From assembly GCA_052279835.1 (NCBI GenBank), contig CP181291.1, positions 4,704,001 through 4,768,000 of the forward strand: a stretch of 64,000 nt of DNA, in the 5' to 3' direction. A program made the translations under genes and the position numbers. Under the pieces are notes generated by a model. The model ran no database searches, was not told where the DNA came from, and was given only the letters and a program-made list of their open reading frames with translations. This DNA comes from Microcoleus sp. (GTDB lineage Bacteria > Cyanobacteriota > Cyanobacteriia > Cyanobacteriales > Microcoleaceae). This document shows, piece by piece, positions 21,913-32,247 of this stretch; within the stretch, counting starts at the first letter, position 1; the number at the start of each line of letters is the position of its first letter.

Positions 21913-23046
21913 TTATTCAGTATCTCGCGGATCGCCCCATTTTGCCACTGCTCTTCTCGTGGCCAACTCCCTCCCAAGCTCCAAGGCCGATTTCATGCTG
22001 GAAGCATCCGCAATCCCTCTACCTACAATATCAAAAGCAGTGCCATGATCGGGGGATGTGCGGACAAAGGGTAAGCCAATTGTAGTGTTAACTGCTTTAT
22101 CAAAAGCCATTAATTTTACCGGAATCAAACCTTGGTCGTGGTACATTGCCAAATAAGCATCGTGAGTAGGTGCTGCTAAACCGTACCAAGCTTTACCGGG
22201 CTTTACCCAGAGGGTATCCGGTGGGATGGGCCCGTCTAACTGTACTTGCTCAAACCGATCGCGCTGAGTTTCCAACCAGGGTATCATCCAGTCTTGCTCT
22301 TCATTTCCCAGTTTCCCATTTTCGCCACTGTGAGGATTCAACCCAGAAACCGCTATTCTAGGTGTTTCGATCCCAAAATCTGCCCGCAAACACTGGATGA
22401 GCAATTCCAGTTTTTCGCTCAACAACTCTGGATTTAAAGCATCGGGGACTTGACGTAGAGAAATATGTGTGGTAGCGAGTAAAGTAATCAGCATCCAGTT
22501 GCTGTGGGGAGATTTGGCTGCAAACAGCATTCCGAAGCGTTTCGATCGCGCTTTTTCTGCCAGAAGTTCTGTTTGTCCTGGATAATTGTAATTAGCAGCC
22601 TGCCAGCAAGTTTTGGAAATCGGTCCTGTGACAATCGCCGAGAATTCACCGCTGAGGGTACGGGCGATGGCAGTTTCGAGATAGGCAAAGCTAGCAGCGC
22701 CGCTGGCTGCATTACCAACACCAGGGATAATTTCGCCCCACTTGCTGTCGGATGCGATCTCAATAATATTTAATGTGTCGGGATTTGCTAAGGCTAGGGA
22801 TGGATCTTGCGATCGCAATTTATCGTAAGTTTGCTGCAAAATTGTCCGAGAGCCGATCGTCCACACTCCACAAGCCTCTACGGGATCGGCCAAAGCCTTG
22901 AGAATCACTTCCGGCCCAATTCCGGCCGGATCTCCCAGAGTTACAGCTAGTTTCAATCCTCGATCGAGACTCAAGGCATTTTTCTCCAGAAATCTAGAAC
23001 ATTTTCCGCACTGAAATTTTAGCATTCCTGTAGCTCGTTGCCCCAA
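21913..23046 (-). CDS. pdxA: 4-hydroxythreonine-4-phosphate dehydrogenase (start codon uncertain)
   Basis: [38 protein letters not shown]. Confidence 0.95.
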   Translation of the reverse strand: MGQRATGMLKFQCGKCSRFLEKNALSLDRGLKLAVTLGDPAGIGPEVILKALADPVEACGVWTIGSRTILQQTYDKLRSQDPSLALANPDTLNIIEIASDSKWGEIIPGVGNAASGAASFAYLETAIARTLSGEFSAIVTGPISKTCWQAANYNYPGQTELLAEKARSKRFGMLFAAKSPHSNWMLITLLATTHISLRQVPDALNPELLSEKLELLIQCLRADFGIETPRIAVSGLNPHSGENGKLGNEEQDWMIPWLETQRDRFEQVQLDGPIPPDTLWVKPGKAWYGLAAPTHDAYLAMYHDQGLIPVKLMAFDKAVNTTIGLPFVRTSPDHGTAFDIVGRGIADASSMKSALELGRELATRRAVAKWGDPRDTE

Positions 23047-23094
23047 ATTATACTATCTTTATTGAATGCGATCGCCTAATTAGAGATATCAACC

Positions 23095-23199
23095 ATGAAT
23101 CCTGAAATTTTAAATGCAGCCTTGTTGTCATTTTCCCTAATTTTTGTGGGTATAGGCGGAGGCTTCCTCCTACTCAAACTCCAAGGCGGCGAAGAATAA
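23095..23199 (+). CDS. petM: Cytochrome b6-f complex subunit PetM (34 aa)
   Basis: Manual translation [34 protein letters not shown]; between pdxA and ycf39. Confidence 0.9.
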   Translation: MNPEILNAALLSFSLIFVGIGGGFLLLKLQGGEE

Positions 23200-23389
23200 G
23201 TTTTTGCACTTAGGACTCTGACTAGGGGACTCATCTACCCAGTTTGTACACACCTGAAAGCCAGCCCTCGGCAGTAGGTCTCAACGCCAAAATGAGAAAA
23301 ACTCAGGTTTTTGTTAAGTTTTTATAACAAATTTAACAAAAACCTGATACAATCCTATAGAAAGTTTAAGATTCATAATTAATCCCTAG

Positions 23390-24367
23390 ATGACTTTATT
23401 GATTTTAGGTGCCACCGGCACACTCGGCCGCCAAATAGCCCGCCGTGCCCTAGACGAGGGCTACCAGGTGCGTTGCCTAGTAAGAAGTTACAGAAAAGCT
23501 GCATTTTTGAAAGAATGGGGCGCCGAACTCGTACCCGGAAACCTTTGCCAGCCAGATAGCCTGACTTCAGCGCTATCTGGGGTAACAGCTATCATCGATG
23601 CAGCCACAGCTAGCGCTGCCGATTCTGTAAGCATCAAAAGAGTAGACTGGGACGGGAAAGTATCGCTGATTCAAGCAGCAGTTGCAGCAGGAGTCAAGCG
23701 TTACATCTTCTTTTCGTTTCTCGACGCTGAGAAATATCCCCAAGTCCCGTTATTGGAAATTAAGCGCTGTACCGAGCTATTTTTAGCAGAATCCGGTCTG
23801 GATTACACCATCTTGAGGCCCTGTGGATTTTTGCAAGGACTGCTCAGCCTATACGCCATGCCTATTTTAGATAGTCAGGGAGTTTGGTTGCCCAACAAGC
23901 CGTCAGCCCTGGCCTACATGAACACTCAGGATGTGGCGAAATTTGCAGTCCGAGCCCTTTCCGTTCCCGAAACTGAGAAAAAAAGCTTTCCTCTGGTGGG
24001 CCCTCGCGCTTGGGATGCAGAAGAAATTGTGCGCCTATGCGAACGCTTATCTGGCAAACAAGCCAAAATCACTCGCACCCCAGATGCTTTGTTGAAGGCT
24101 ACTCGTCAATTTGCTCAGTTCTTTCAGTGGAGTTGGAATATAGCTGACAGATTGGCTTTTTCCGAAGTTTTGGCAGCCGGAAAACCCTTGAAAGCTCCGA
24201 TGGATGAAGTTTACAGTGTCTTCGGAATAGACCCCAAAGAAACTACTACTTTGGAATCTTATCTGGAAGAATACTTTAGTCTGATTACCAAGAAGCTCAA
24301 GGAAATAGAGTACGAGCAGCTTAAAACTAAAAAACGGGGTAAACAAAAAATGCCTTTTACGTTTTAA
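23390..24367 (+). CDS. ycf39: Ycf39-like NAD(P)-binding SDR protein
   Basis: GATGTLGRQIARRALDEG, FLKEWGAELV, DRLAFSEVL. Confidence 0.85.
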   Translation: MTLLILGATGTLGRQIARRALDEGYQVRCLVRSYRKAAFLKEWGAELVPGNLCQPDSLTSALSGVTAIIDAATASAADSVSIKRVDWDGKVSLIQAAVAAGVKRYIFFSFLDAEKYPQVPLLEIKRCTELFLAESGLDYTILRPCGFLQGLLSLYAMPILDSQGVWLPNKPSALAYMNTQDVAKFAVRALSVPETEKKSFPLVGPRAWDAEEIVRLCERLSGKQAKITRTPDALLKATRQFAQFFQWSWNIADRLAFSEVLAAGKPLKAPMDEVYSVFGIDPKETTTLESYLEEYFSLITKKLKEIEYEQLKTKKRGKQKMPFTF

Positions 24368-24677
24368 TCAGCTTATACTCCATTTCTAGGACTCAAATTG
24401 CTGAGTTTTGGGATTAAATTTCGGTAATTTGTGGCGGTTCGATGCCGCCACAAGCTGCAAAATCTACGTGATTAAAAATTTCAAGATGGTAACAAGACGC
24501 GCCATATTAAAACTATATTCAACCCGAACTTTGGAACTCTCCAATTTATTAGACTCCGACCATATTTATTGTGGAACAGGCATCTTGCCTGTTCAAGATT
24601 GGCAATTCTTGCGATGTCTATCAAATAAAAAGGACGTATTTTTCGTCCTTGATGATAGTAGGGCGGGGTAGTCGATC

Positions 24678-25586
24678 GTGCCGAAAGCTGGGATTATATA
24701 TAACGACGTTAAACCTGTATCTTGTCGCATCGCCCAAGAGTTGAAAGCACAACTGACGGCGATCGGTTGGGATGTCTGTGCTGTTTCCGGTTCCGGGGGA
24801 ATTTTGGGGTATTCTAGTCCCGATCGCCCCATGTGCCACACTCCGATCGACCAACTCGTCCCCCCCGGTTTTGACAGCGACATGGAGTTTGCCGTGGTGT
24901 TGGGAGGCGACGGTACTGTACTTTCTGCATTTCGCCAAGTCGCTCCCATCGGAGTGCCACTGCTGACAGTCAATACCGGTCACATGGGTTTTTTGACCGA
25001 AACTTACCTTAACTTGCTGCCACAAGCTTTGGAGAAGGTGCTGGCTGGAGAATACGAAATCGAAGAAAGGTCAATGCTAGCAGTACGGTTGTTTCGCGAC
25101 AATGACTGCCTCTGGGAAGCGCTGTGTTTGAATGAAATGGTGCTGCACCGAGAACCGCTGACTTGTATGTGTCATTTTGAAGTGGCGATCGGGCAACACG
25201 CTTCTGTGGATATTGCCGCCGATGGAGTAATCATCTCCACTCCCACAGGATCTACAGCCTACGCCCTATCTGCTGGCGGCCCAGTGATTATTCCGGGAGT
25301 ACCCGTGTTGCAATTGCTACCTATTTGCCCGCATTCCATGGCGTCGCGGGCTTTGGTGTTTTCCAACACAGAACCAGTGAAGATTTTGCCAGCGAGTCCT
25401 AACCGTCTGGTTATGGTGGTAGACGGGAACGGCGGATGTTATGTTTTACCGGAGGATTGGGTGCAAGTAGAGCGCGCTCCCTATCAGGCGCGCTTCGTGA
25501 GGGTGCAACCTCCTGAATTTTTCCACGTTTTGCGGGAAAAATTGGGTTGGGGATTACCTCACATTGCTAAACCCAGTTTCTGTTGA
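24678..25586 (+). CDS. NAD(+) kinase (second paralogue)
   Basis: [28 protein letters not shown]. Confidence 0.95.
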   Translation: MPKAGIIYNDVKPVSCRIAQELKAQLTAIGWDVCAVSGSGGILGYSSPDRPMCHTPIDQLVPPGFDSDMEFAVVLGGDGTVLSAFRQVAPIGVPLLTVNTGHMGFLTETYLNLLPQALEKVLAGEYEIEERSMLAVRLFRDNDCLWEALCLNEMVLHREPLTCMCHFEVAIGQHASVDIAADGVIISTPTGSTAYALSAGGPVIIPGVPVLQLLPICPHSMASRALVFSNTEPVKILPASPNRLVMVVDGNGGCYVLPEDWVQVERAPYQARFVRVQPPEFFHVLREKLGWGLPHIAKPSFC

Positions 25587-25736
25587 GTTGCCATGATAGT
25601 TGTTGTTGACACTCCCCCCCGGCGCGAATGCACGGGTTTTTTAGTGATATTAATTCCGGTAACACCGGAATAATATAGAGGAGACGGCAGTGCCGTGTCC
25701 CTACCCAAAGTAATATTGTAGGGACATGGCACTGCC

Positions 25737-25942
25737 CATTGGTGTCAACTTAAGGTACAACCAATAGTCCGGCAGGAGTTGAAACCCCTGCCTCAAAGCG
25801 CAAGTCCTCTCAAAGAGGACTGAAGAACTCATTAGTCCTCTTTGAGAGGACTTTAGCTATTAGACAGGGGTTGAAACCCCTGGCGGATTCGCGGGCTCAC
25901 AGACAGACTTGGCGGGCTTTCAGGCTTAAGTTGACACCAATG
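25737..25942. mobile_element. 206-bp MITE inserted in a GTAGGG REP-like hairpin
   Basis: TIR CATTGGTGTCAACTTAAG/CTTAAGTTGACACCAATG; 9-bp flanks GGCACTGCC/GGAACTGCC. Confidence 0.85.
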
Positions 25943-26003
25943 GGAACTGCCGTCTCCTAATTTGGTCTACTAATAATTCCGGTGCAACCGGAATTGATAT
26001 GAC

Positions 26004-26426
26004 TCATAAATTTGGCATGATTACCAAAATATTTTGGTTGCGGTGTTTGCGATAGATTTGAAAGTCGCTATCTAGGGTAAGCACGGAACTATCTTCATAG
26101 ATCTCGCTCATTTTGACTAAGCAGGCATCGGCTAGGGACATTGGCACGGATGCATAACGCTCCATTAGATTTTCAATTGCTTCTATTTCTTGATTGAGAA
26201 TAAAAGGAGTTTGAATATGTCCCTGTTTGATTAGTTTTAAGATTGTTGCTTGTCCATGATGGATTCTCTGGGCGAGAAAACAGGCTTCTGTGATTACAGG
26301 TTCGCAGGTAATGACGGGATCTGTAACTTGGGAAAGTTGGGAGACTGCCCAAGAGTGGAATTTATCTTTGGGCATCAGAAAGGCAATTAAAACTCCAGTA
26401 TCTAAAATAATGGGGTTACTCATCAT
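26004..26426 (-). CDS. PIN-domain (VapC-type) toxin
   Basis: ILDTGVL, ITEACFL, MSLADACL, LTLDSDFQIYR. Confidence 0.9.
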   Translation of the reverse strand: MMSNPIILDTGVLIAFLMPKDKFHSWAVSQLSQVTDPVITCEPVITEACFLAQRIHHGQATILKLIKQGHIQTPFILNQEIEAIENLMERYASVPMSLADACLVKMSEIYEDSSVLTLDSDFQIYRKHRNQNILVIMPNL

Positions 26427-26484
26427 TCTCCGAAGCCTTTTAGGTATTGGGAATTGTGGGAAAGATCTTCGAGATCGCTATCTA

Positions 26485-28150
26485 GGGCTTGCTGAATAAT
26501 CGATCGCACTTGACGTGGCATGGATTAAGAACTGGTGCGATCGACAGTCAGGTGCAAAAAAAACAGGTAAAATAGATCAAAACTCGTGCATCACCATCTG
26601 CGATCGTGTATCGAAAAGCTGAGCTTGCTCACCCCTCACCCTCCGACTTTGAACTCCCCTCATGTGGAAAGTTGTCAGCAGATAACCGTTGGGTAAAAAT
26701 GGCCCAAATAATCCCGTGGTCTGAATTTGAATCAGAATATGCGGCCAACTTCCCCACAGAAAAGGGGGCTCCTGCTAAATGCTTTAGGATGGCATTGGGG
26801 GCATTAATTATTAAAGAAAAATTAGGAATTAGCGATCGTGAAACAGTAGAACAGATCCGTGAAAACCCCTATCTGCAATACTTCATCGGTCAATCAAGCT
26901 ACAGCAACGAACTCGCATTTGACCCATCACTCTTAGTACACTTTCGGCAACGAATTAGTCCCAATCTAATTAATCAAGTGAACGAACGCATGGTCAAAAA
27001 AATGCGAGAACTCACGCCAGTCAAACCTGAAAAAAAAAAGGATCCGGACGCCAAAAATGAGTTATCCAATCGCGGCCAATTGATCGTAGATGCAACCTGC
27101 GCCCCAGCCGACATTAGTTATCCGACCGACTTAGGACTATTAAACAGAGCCAGAGTTCATACAGAAAAAATCCTAGACATTCTGTATAAACAAATTAAAG
27201 AAAACACCACTAAAAAACCAAGAACCTACCGTAATCTAGCGAGGAAAGACTACTTAGCAGTAGCCAAACAACGACGACCGACCAAAAACAAAAAAAGACA
27301 AGCAATTAAAAAACAACTTCAATACATAAAAAGAAACCTAGCTCATATTGAACAGCTAATCGATTCAGGTGCGAGCCTAGAAGCTCTGAATAAAAAGCAA
27401 TATAAAACCTTGTTAGTCCTGACAGAGGTCTATCGCCAACAGCAATGGTTATTTGACAATAATAAACAGAGTATTGAGGATAGAATAGTAAGTTTAAGCC
27501 AACCCCATATCCGTCCCATAGTCAGAGGAAAAGCAGGAAAAAGCGTAGAATTTGGAGCCAAAATATCAGCCAGTTGTTTTGAGGGATATGTATTTTTAGA
27601 CCGGATGAGCTGGGATAACTTTAACGAATCAGGGGACTTAAAAACACAAGTAGAAGCATATCATAAATTCACAGGGTATTATCCAGAGTCAGTTCATGCA
27701 GATCGCATTTACCGAAATCGGGAAAACCGAGCATGGTGTAAAGAAAAAGGCATTAGGCTGAGTGGGCCGCCATTAGGAAGACCGCCAGCAAATGTGAGTA
27801 AATCAAAAAAGAGGCAAGCGTTGGAAGATGAGAGGATTAGAAATGCCATTGAGGGCAAGTTTGGGCAAGGAAAACGAAGATTCGGTCTCAATCGAGTGAT
27901 GGCAAAACTTGATAATACATCTGGTACAGTTATTGCAATTACTTTTTTGGTAATGAACCTTGCTACCTGGTGGCGCCGGGTTTTTTGTGTGTTTTTATGT
28001 CTATTTGGAAAAAGAACACCTGTTTTTGGCTTGAATATAATCTACAATTATAACTGGGTGGAATCAATGCCGAAACAACTTATAGTTAACTCTGCTTGAA
28101 TATATCGATCGCTCCTGCTCTTGGTTGGCGATCGATTATTCAGCAAACCC
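26485..28150 (+). mobile_element. IS5-family insertion sequence
   Basis: TIR GGGCTTGCTGAATAATCGATCGC/GCGATCGATTATTCAGCAAACCC; TATCTA duplicated on both flanks. Confidence 0.92.
26606..28099 (+). CDS. IS5-family transposase
   Basis: IVDATCAPADI, HADRIYR, RNAIEGKFGQGKRR. Confidence 0.93.
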   Translation: MYRKAELAHPSPSDFELPSCGKLSADNRWVKMAQIIPWSEFESEYAANFPTEKGAPAKCFRMALGALIIKEKLGISDRETVEQIRENPYLQYFIGQSSYSNELAFDPSLLVHFRQRISPNLINQVNERMVKKMRELTPVKPEKKKDPDAKNELSNRGQLIVDATCAPADISYPTDLGLLNRARVHTEKILDILYKQIKENTTKKPRTYRNLARKDYLAVAKQRRPTKNKKRQAIKKQLQYIKRNLAHIEQLIDSGASLEALNKKQYKTLLVLTEVYRQQQWLFDNNKQSIEDRIVSLSQPHIRPIVRGKAGKSVEFGAKISASCFEGYVFLDRMSWDNFNESGDLKTQVEAYHKFTGYYPESVHADRIYRNRENRAWCKEKGIRLSGPPLGRPPANVSKSKKRQALEDERIRNAIEGKFGQGKRRFGLNRVMAKLDNTSGTVIAITFLVMNLATWWRRVFCVFLCLFGKRTPVFGLNIIYNYNWVESMPKQLIVNSA

Positions 28151-28440
28151 TATCTAAACAACCAACAAACTCTTGGGCTGCTTGTGTAAAAGATATTTTC
28201 TGTGACTTTGTATCAATCGGCTCAAAGGTTTTTTTATTGGCTTGAAACTCAAGAAATTCGATATATTCAAAAATTTTTTCGAGTTGATTTGGGGGAAAAT
28301 GTTGGATTTTTTCGATTGCCATTTCTAGGGTTAACATGGGTTTCTCCTTGGTTGGTTTTGGTACTATTTTAACGATTTACACAAAAATCTTTTTTTTGGA
28401 TCTACTGGCTTGTTGCATGAGTGCGCGATCGAAGCGTATC

Positions 28441-28527
28441 TATATGATTCTACCAATTTTCTGTAGGCCAAACTCGCGATCGAGCTTCCGAACCATCTCC
28501 AAGGTGAGCCAGCGTTTGCGAGATAGC
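28441..28527 (-). pseudogene. HigA-type antitoxin 3' fragment, copy 1 (others at ~29590-29658 and ~30198-30290)
   Basis: LSRKRWLTLEMVRKLDREFG; copy 3 reads LSHKPCLTLEMIRKLDRELRIPAKILIKPYE*. Confidence 0.7.
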
Positions 28528-28571
28528 GTTGGTACGCAGGAACATTTTTGGTTTAACATCCCACCCATTAC

Positions 28572-29414
28572 CTATTCCCCATTCCCTAAACCACGGCTGC
28601 GATCGAGAAAATCAGTAATCTCCTGATAAAAAGCCTGTCCCTTTCCCCTGCTGCTACTTGCAGTCACCAATAATCTTAAAACTTCCACAAGCGAACTAAT
28701 CGTAGCATCAAAAATCAATGCAAAAAGCTGGCTTAAATCATCTTGGTTTTGTTGCCCATATGCCAAAGCATCAATATAATCATTGCGGATTTGGTTGTCA
28801 ATCACCACAATCGGATAGCCTGCACGGATTAAGAGTAAATTCATTAATAATCTGGCGGTTCGACCATTCCCATCCCGAAAAGGATGGATAGAAACAAACC
28901 GATAATGAGCCATAGTCGCATATTCGACTGGATGGAGCCTTAAAGCAGATTCCGAGTTGAGCCAACTCGCAAAATCTCCCATTAATTGAGATAGTAAATA
29001 ATGGGGAGGATAACGATAGTTAGTTCCTGCGGCCATCACATCCAGAGTGCGATAACTACCCGCTTCCTCCGGGTTAATTTTGCGGAGAATAAGATTGTGA
29101 ATTTGCTTAATTTCCCATTCATTAATCTCCGTATCCCTTTGGGCTAAATTTTCAATATAATCGATCGCATCCTTATGCCCAATAACTTCTAAATGTTCGT
29201 CAAGGGTTTTGCCCCCAACAGTAATCCCCTTCGTTAAAACTAATTCCGTTTCACTTTGGGTTAAAGTATTACCCTCAATGGCATTTGAGTTATAAGTAAA
29301 GCGAACATCATAGAGTTTTTTGAGTTCGGCGACGAGGGTGGAATCGAAAGGTCTAAACCCATCTAGCCAAGCTTTTAGTTTATCGATTCGTTCTAATTTA
29401 AGCCGATAATTCAT
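28572..29414 (-). CDS. Fic family protein with N-terminal inhibitory motif (start could be 29513)
   Basis: HPFRDGNGRTAR catalytic motif; SNAIEGN alpha-inhibitory motif. Confidence 0.92.
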   Translation of the reverse strand: MNYRLKLERIDKLKAWLDGFRPFDSTLVAELKKLYDVRFTYNSNAIEGNTLTQSETELVLTKGITVGGKTLDEHLEVIGHKDAIDYIENLAQRDTEINEWEIKQIHNLILRKINPEEAGSYRTLDVMAAGTNYRYPPHYLLSQLMGDFASWLNSESALRLHPVEYATMAHYRFVSIHPFRDGNGRTARLLMNLLLIRAGYPIVVIDNQIRNDYIDALAYGQQNQDDLSQLFALIFDATISSLVEVLRLLVTASSSRGKGQAFYQEITDFLDRSRGLGNGE

Positions 29415-29657
29415 GATTAAATAGTTGTCGATCGAAGAGGTTAATGAAAATTCCTTTTGTTTACCTAAAGTAATTACCTTTTGAATGAATTTCTCGTATA
29501 GTTGAGTCTCCATCTTTGAAAATACTCCCCCATTCCTTAAATTGCCAACTTTTCACAAAATCGCCCAATCAGGCGATCGTTCTTCGACCTTGTGCGATCC
29601 TACCAATTTTCTGTAGGTCAAACTCGCGATCGAGCTTCCGAATCATCTCCAAGGTGA

Positions 29658-29690
29658 CTCTATTCCGTCCGTTCCACTGTGCTGTTAGCT
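29658..29690 (-). other. Half attC-like site (R''/L'' arm only)
   Basis: 23/33 nt identical, ungapped, to 30338-30370; AGCTAAC core. Confidence 0.55.
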
Positions 29691-29902
29691 GGCTGGCTAC
29701 TACGCGATGCTTCTAATTTCTGCCGAATTGCGGCCTGAATTTTTGCGTCAAAATCGGGATCGCTTGGGCTTGCAATGATTGATTTCGGACGCTGACTGAA
29801 CCTGTCTAAATATGCCTGACAAGCAGCTCGATCTTGGCGATTTTCCAGAAAGTACCGTCTCAATTCGGCATCGCTCATAGCCTCAAAATTCACTTGGCTC
29901 AT
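29660..29902 (-). CDS. DUF6887-like small protein
   Basis: MSQVNFEAMSDAELRRYFLENRQD..AYLDR; coupled to the upstream ORF. Confidence 0.7.
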   Translation of the reverse strand: MSQVNFEAMSDAELRRYFLENRQDRAACQAYLDRFSQRPKSIIASPSDPDFDAKIQAAIRQKLEASRSSQPANSTVERTE

Positions 29903-30087
29903 CAGAATACCTCCCCATTCGGTACAATTTCAAACTCAAGATCTTCACCATATCCAGCTAGAACGTATACGTTTCGAGTACGACGATCGATACAAACCAG
30001 ATGAATCGGTTGCAACATGATGAACGTCAACTGATAGCTGACGCGATATAAACTCTCTAACTGAGCAGTAGTTGGCATTTCGGTCAC
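29902..30087 (-). CDS. DUF6888-like small protein
   Basis: PTTAQL...LQPIHLVCIDRRTRNVYVLAG...IVPNG. Confidence 0.7.
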   Translation of the reverse strand: MTEMPTTAQLESLYRVSYQLTFIMLQPIHLVCIDRRTRNVYVLAGYGEDLEFEIVPNGEVF

Positions 30088-30284
30088 TCACTCCACCTAC
30101 TGCCTATTTTAACTGTTCCGAGTTCAAATGAACTCATCAGTTTACTTTACTGTTGTTGGAATGGCGTTCTATTGTGGTTAAGCGGGGGTTTGTGCTACTC
30201 ATAAGGCTTGATGAGAATCTTCGCCGGAATCCTTAATTCTCGATCGAGCTTCCGAATCATCTCCAAGGTGAGGCAGGGTTTATG

Positions 30285-30370
30285 AGATAACGGCTAAAGT
30301 GAGCGGCGGCAGACAGGTTAGATCACCCACCGATAACCTCTGTTCCGTCCGCACCAACGCAGTGTTAGGC
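30285..30370 (-). other. Integron attC-like recombination site (86 bp)
   Basis: Minus strand GCCTAAC...TGCGGACGG...CCGCCGCTCAC...GTTATCT imperfect palindrome, 17 nt after a stop codon. Confidence 0.75.
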
Positions 30371-30387
30371 GGGCTTCAACAACTTAA

Positions 30388-30600
30388 CTAAAAACCCAAT
30401 AGAGCCTTTTGAACTTCTTCCGATGAGACTTCAACTAGATTTTCAGTCGTAACATCTTCGTACTGGTAACTCAACTCAATCTCTCCGTCAACAGCGCTTA
30501 CAAGCCTCAGTTGGAGGTAGGAAGACTGATTTGACCATACCTGCCCTTCAAGAACACCATAATTGTCTGTAAGTTTATTTTTGTAATAGGGTTTACTCAT
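30388..30600 (-). CDS. Hypothetical protein (70 aa), putative cassette gene
   Basis: ATGA overlap with the upstream ORF; followed by attC. Confidence 0.55.
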   Translation of the reverse strand: MSKPYYKNKLTDNYGVLEGQVWSNQSSYLQLRLVSAVDGEIELSYQYEDVTTENLVEVSSEEVQKALLGF

Positions 30601-31442
30601 TTCTGTCTCATCCTATTTGATAGTTGTTGAAATGATTCAAAATCTATTGCTGTAGCACCCGTCCCCTGGTTTGCCAAACCGAGTTCCCTACAAATAATTT
30701 TATAAACTTCTTTAGAAAATCCCCCCTTAAAATCCCATTGTCTACCTTCTTCTGCCATTGTTACAATACCTGAGATATTTGGATATCTATAACCAAGTTG
30801 ATTGTTTACAATATAAGCTGAGAGTTGATTACTATATTTAAATTTTAAAGGACGCAGCTCCTTTAGTAGTAGCAACAACTCAATACGTGCGTCCCTGCGT
30901 CGCTTCTCATCTGCCTCCCTGCGTCGCTCCTCATCTGCCTCCCTGCGTCGCTCCTCATCTGCCTCCCTGCGTCGCTCCTCCTCTGCTTCCCTGCGTTGCT
31001 CCTCCTCTGCCGCTCTAAGCTGACTCTCTAAGTTATCTCGCTCAACACTTAGTTCATGTCTGCCATCAACTCCAACCAACTCTCTCGTTACAAGGTCAAG
31101 CCAACTAGGTTTTGGAGAGCCTATATTTTTCCAGATACTCTCTACTTTTTGCTTTAAACCACATAATTCATTTTTGTAACTTTGAGGGATATCGTTTGCG
31201 TTTAGCCAAAGCTTACTAACTTGTTCGCCTTTTTCGGTGGTTTCAATTTCATACCATAAATTGACTGTTTCAAAAGCTTCGCCACTGTCCAGTTTTTGAG
31301 CTAATTCAGGATGTTTTCTCCTGATTTTTTTAATATGGCAGAAAACTTTTCCATCAGGATTAAAAAAAGTACGACCGACAAATCCAAATCCTCTATCACG
31401 ATTCCAATTGTAGCTGTTGATACTGCCAAAGTCTATTGTCAT
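30597..31442 (-). CDS. Cold-shock-domain-like protein with EEERRREAD repeats
   Basis: GSINSYN..RGFGFV...VFCHI RNP-like motifs; 24-bp repeat x5 at ~30892-31010. Confidence 0.7.
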   Translation of the reverse strand: MTIDFGSINSYNWNRDRGFGFVGRTFFNPDGKVFCHIKKIRRKHPELAQKLDSGEAFETVNLWYEIETTEKGEQVSKLWLNANDIPQSYKNELCGLKQKVESIWKNIGSPKPSWLDLVTRELVGVDGRHELSVERDNLESQLRAAEEEQRREAEEERRREADEERRREADEERRREADEKRRRDARIELLLLLKELRPLKFKYSNQLSAYIVNNQLGYRYPNISGIVTMAEEGRQWDFKGGFSKEVYKIICRELGLANQGTGATAIDFESFQQLSNRMRQK

Positions 31443-31489
31443 AAAGCTAATTCTCTATATAGCCGAATAATACCGCAGCTTGATGATGT

Positions 31490-31609
31490 ATGTCAACCCC
31501 TTCTTACTCCCCATCGGAATCTTTTTTCCTCGATCGAGTTCGCCGCACGATTCGATTCAAACACTTAAGCCGTCGCACTGAAAAAAGTTATCTATATTAG
31601 ATTTTAGAT
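31490..31609 (+). pseudogene. intI: Integron-type integrase N-terminal (SAM-like) remnant
   Basis: MSTPSYSPSESFFLDRVRRTIRFKHLSRRTEKSYLY*ILD matches the IntI pattern LLD.VR..IR.KH.S.RTE..Y..I. Confidence 0.75.
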
Positions 31610-31643
31610 GAGAGTCGATCGCACACTTTCGGCGATCGGTGCA

Positions 31644-31976
31644 TTATGATAAAGCAAGCAGCGATAAAGTCTCATCTTCATAAAATAATTCGATCGCGTT
31701 GAACTCCCGACGCAGCAAATTTTCAATTTGTAATGTCGAACAGTTTCCAAGGCGAAGCCAAATAACTTTTGGTGGATTCCCAAATACTAAGCTCAGATCG
31801 TGCATATCCGCGTCTTTCGAGACAATCATCAAATTATTGTCTTTTGCATAATCCCAAACTATTGGGTCGATCGTTGCTTTCATTCCCACATCTCGAACAT
31901 GAAGCGAATTTGGGAAAATATCGCTCAAACGATTCGGCAACTTGGGCGACAAGTTTTCATCAAAAAGTAATTTCAT
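31644..31976 (-). CDS. DUF5615 PIN-like toxin
   Basis: MKLLFDENLSP, IVSKDAD, PPKVIWLRLGN. Confidence 0.88.
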   Translation of the reverse strand: MKLLFDENLSPKLPNRLSDIFPNSLHVRDVGMKATIDPIVWDYAKDNNLMIVSKDADMHDLSLVFGNPPKVIWLRLGNCSTLQIENLLRREFNAIELFYEDETLSLLALS

Positions 31977-32203
31977 GCGGATAAGGTCGCAGTCATAAAC
32001 CGACGCTCACGGTCAGCAGCATAAGCTATACAAGCTTTTAAATCTTCTCGTGTCAAATCTGGAAAATCGTCGAGAATTTCTGCTTCGGTCATCTCGGAAG
32101 CCAGGTACTCAAGCACTTCATAAACCGTAATTCGCAAGCCGCGTACACAAGGCTTACCACCGCGTTTATTTGCCTCGATCGTGATGTGGTTTCGGTAGTT
32201 CAT
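31973..32203 (-). CDS. DUF433 antitoxin
   Basis: RGGKPCVRGLRITV, EILDDFPDLTREDLKACIAYAA. Confidence 0.9.
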   Translation of the reverse strand: MNYRNHITIEANKRGGKPCVRGLRITVYEVLEYLASEMTEAEILDDFPDLTREDLKACIAYAADRERRFMTATLSA

Positions 32204-32247
32204 AGTTTGATATGGGATTTTTAGCAGACCAGTTTAGAGAACAGATT

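Larger units (their letters stand above)
26423..28337 (-). pseudogene. DUF2281-like antitoxin split by IS5
   Basis: 28337-28151 encodes MLTLEM...EFVGCLD; 26484-26423 continues SDLEDLSHNSQYLKGFGE* with an ATGA overlap onto the toxin start. Confidence 0.85.

Noticed and set aside
16585..25586. Two NAD kinases close together
   Set aside because: Two paralogues are normal in cyanobacteria
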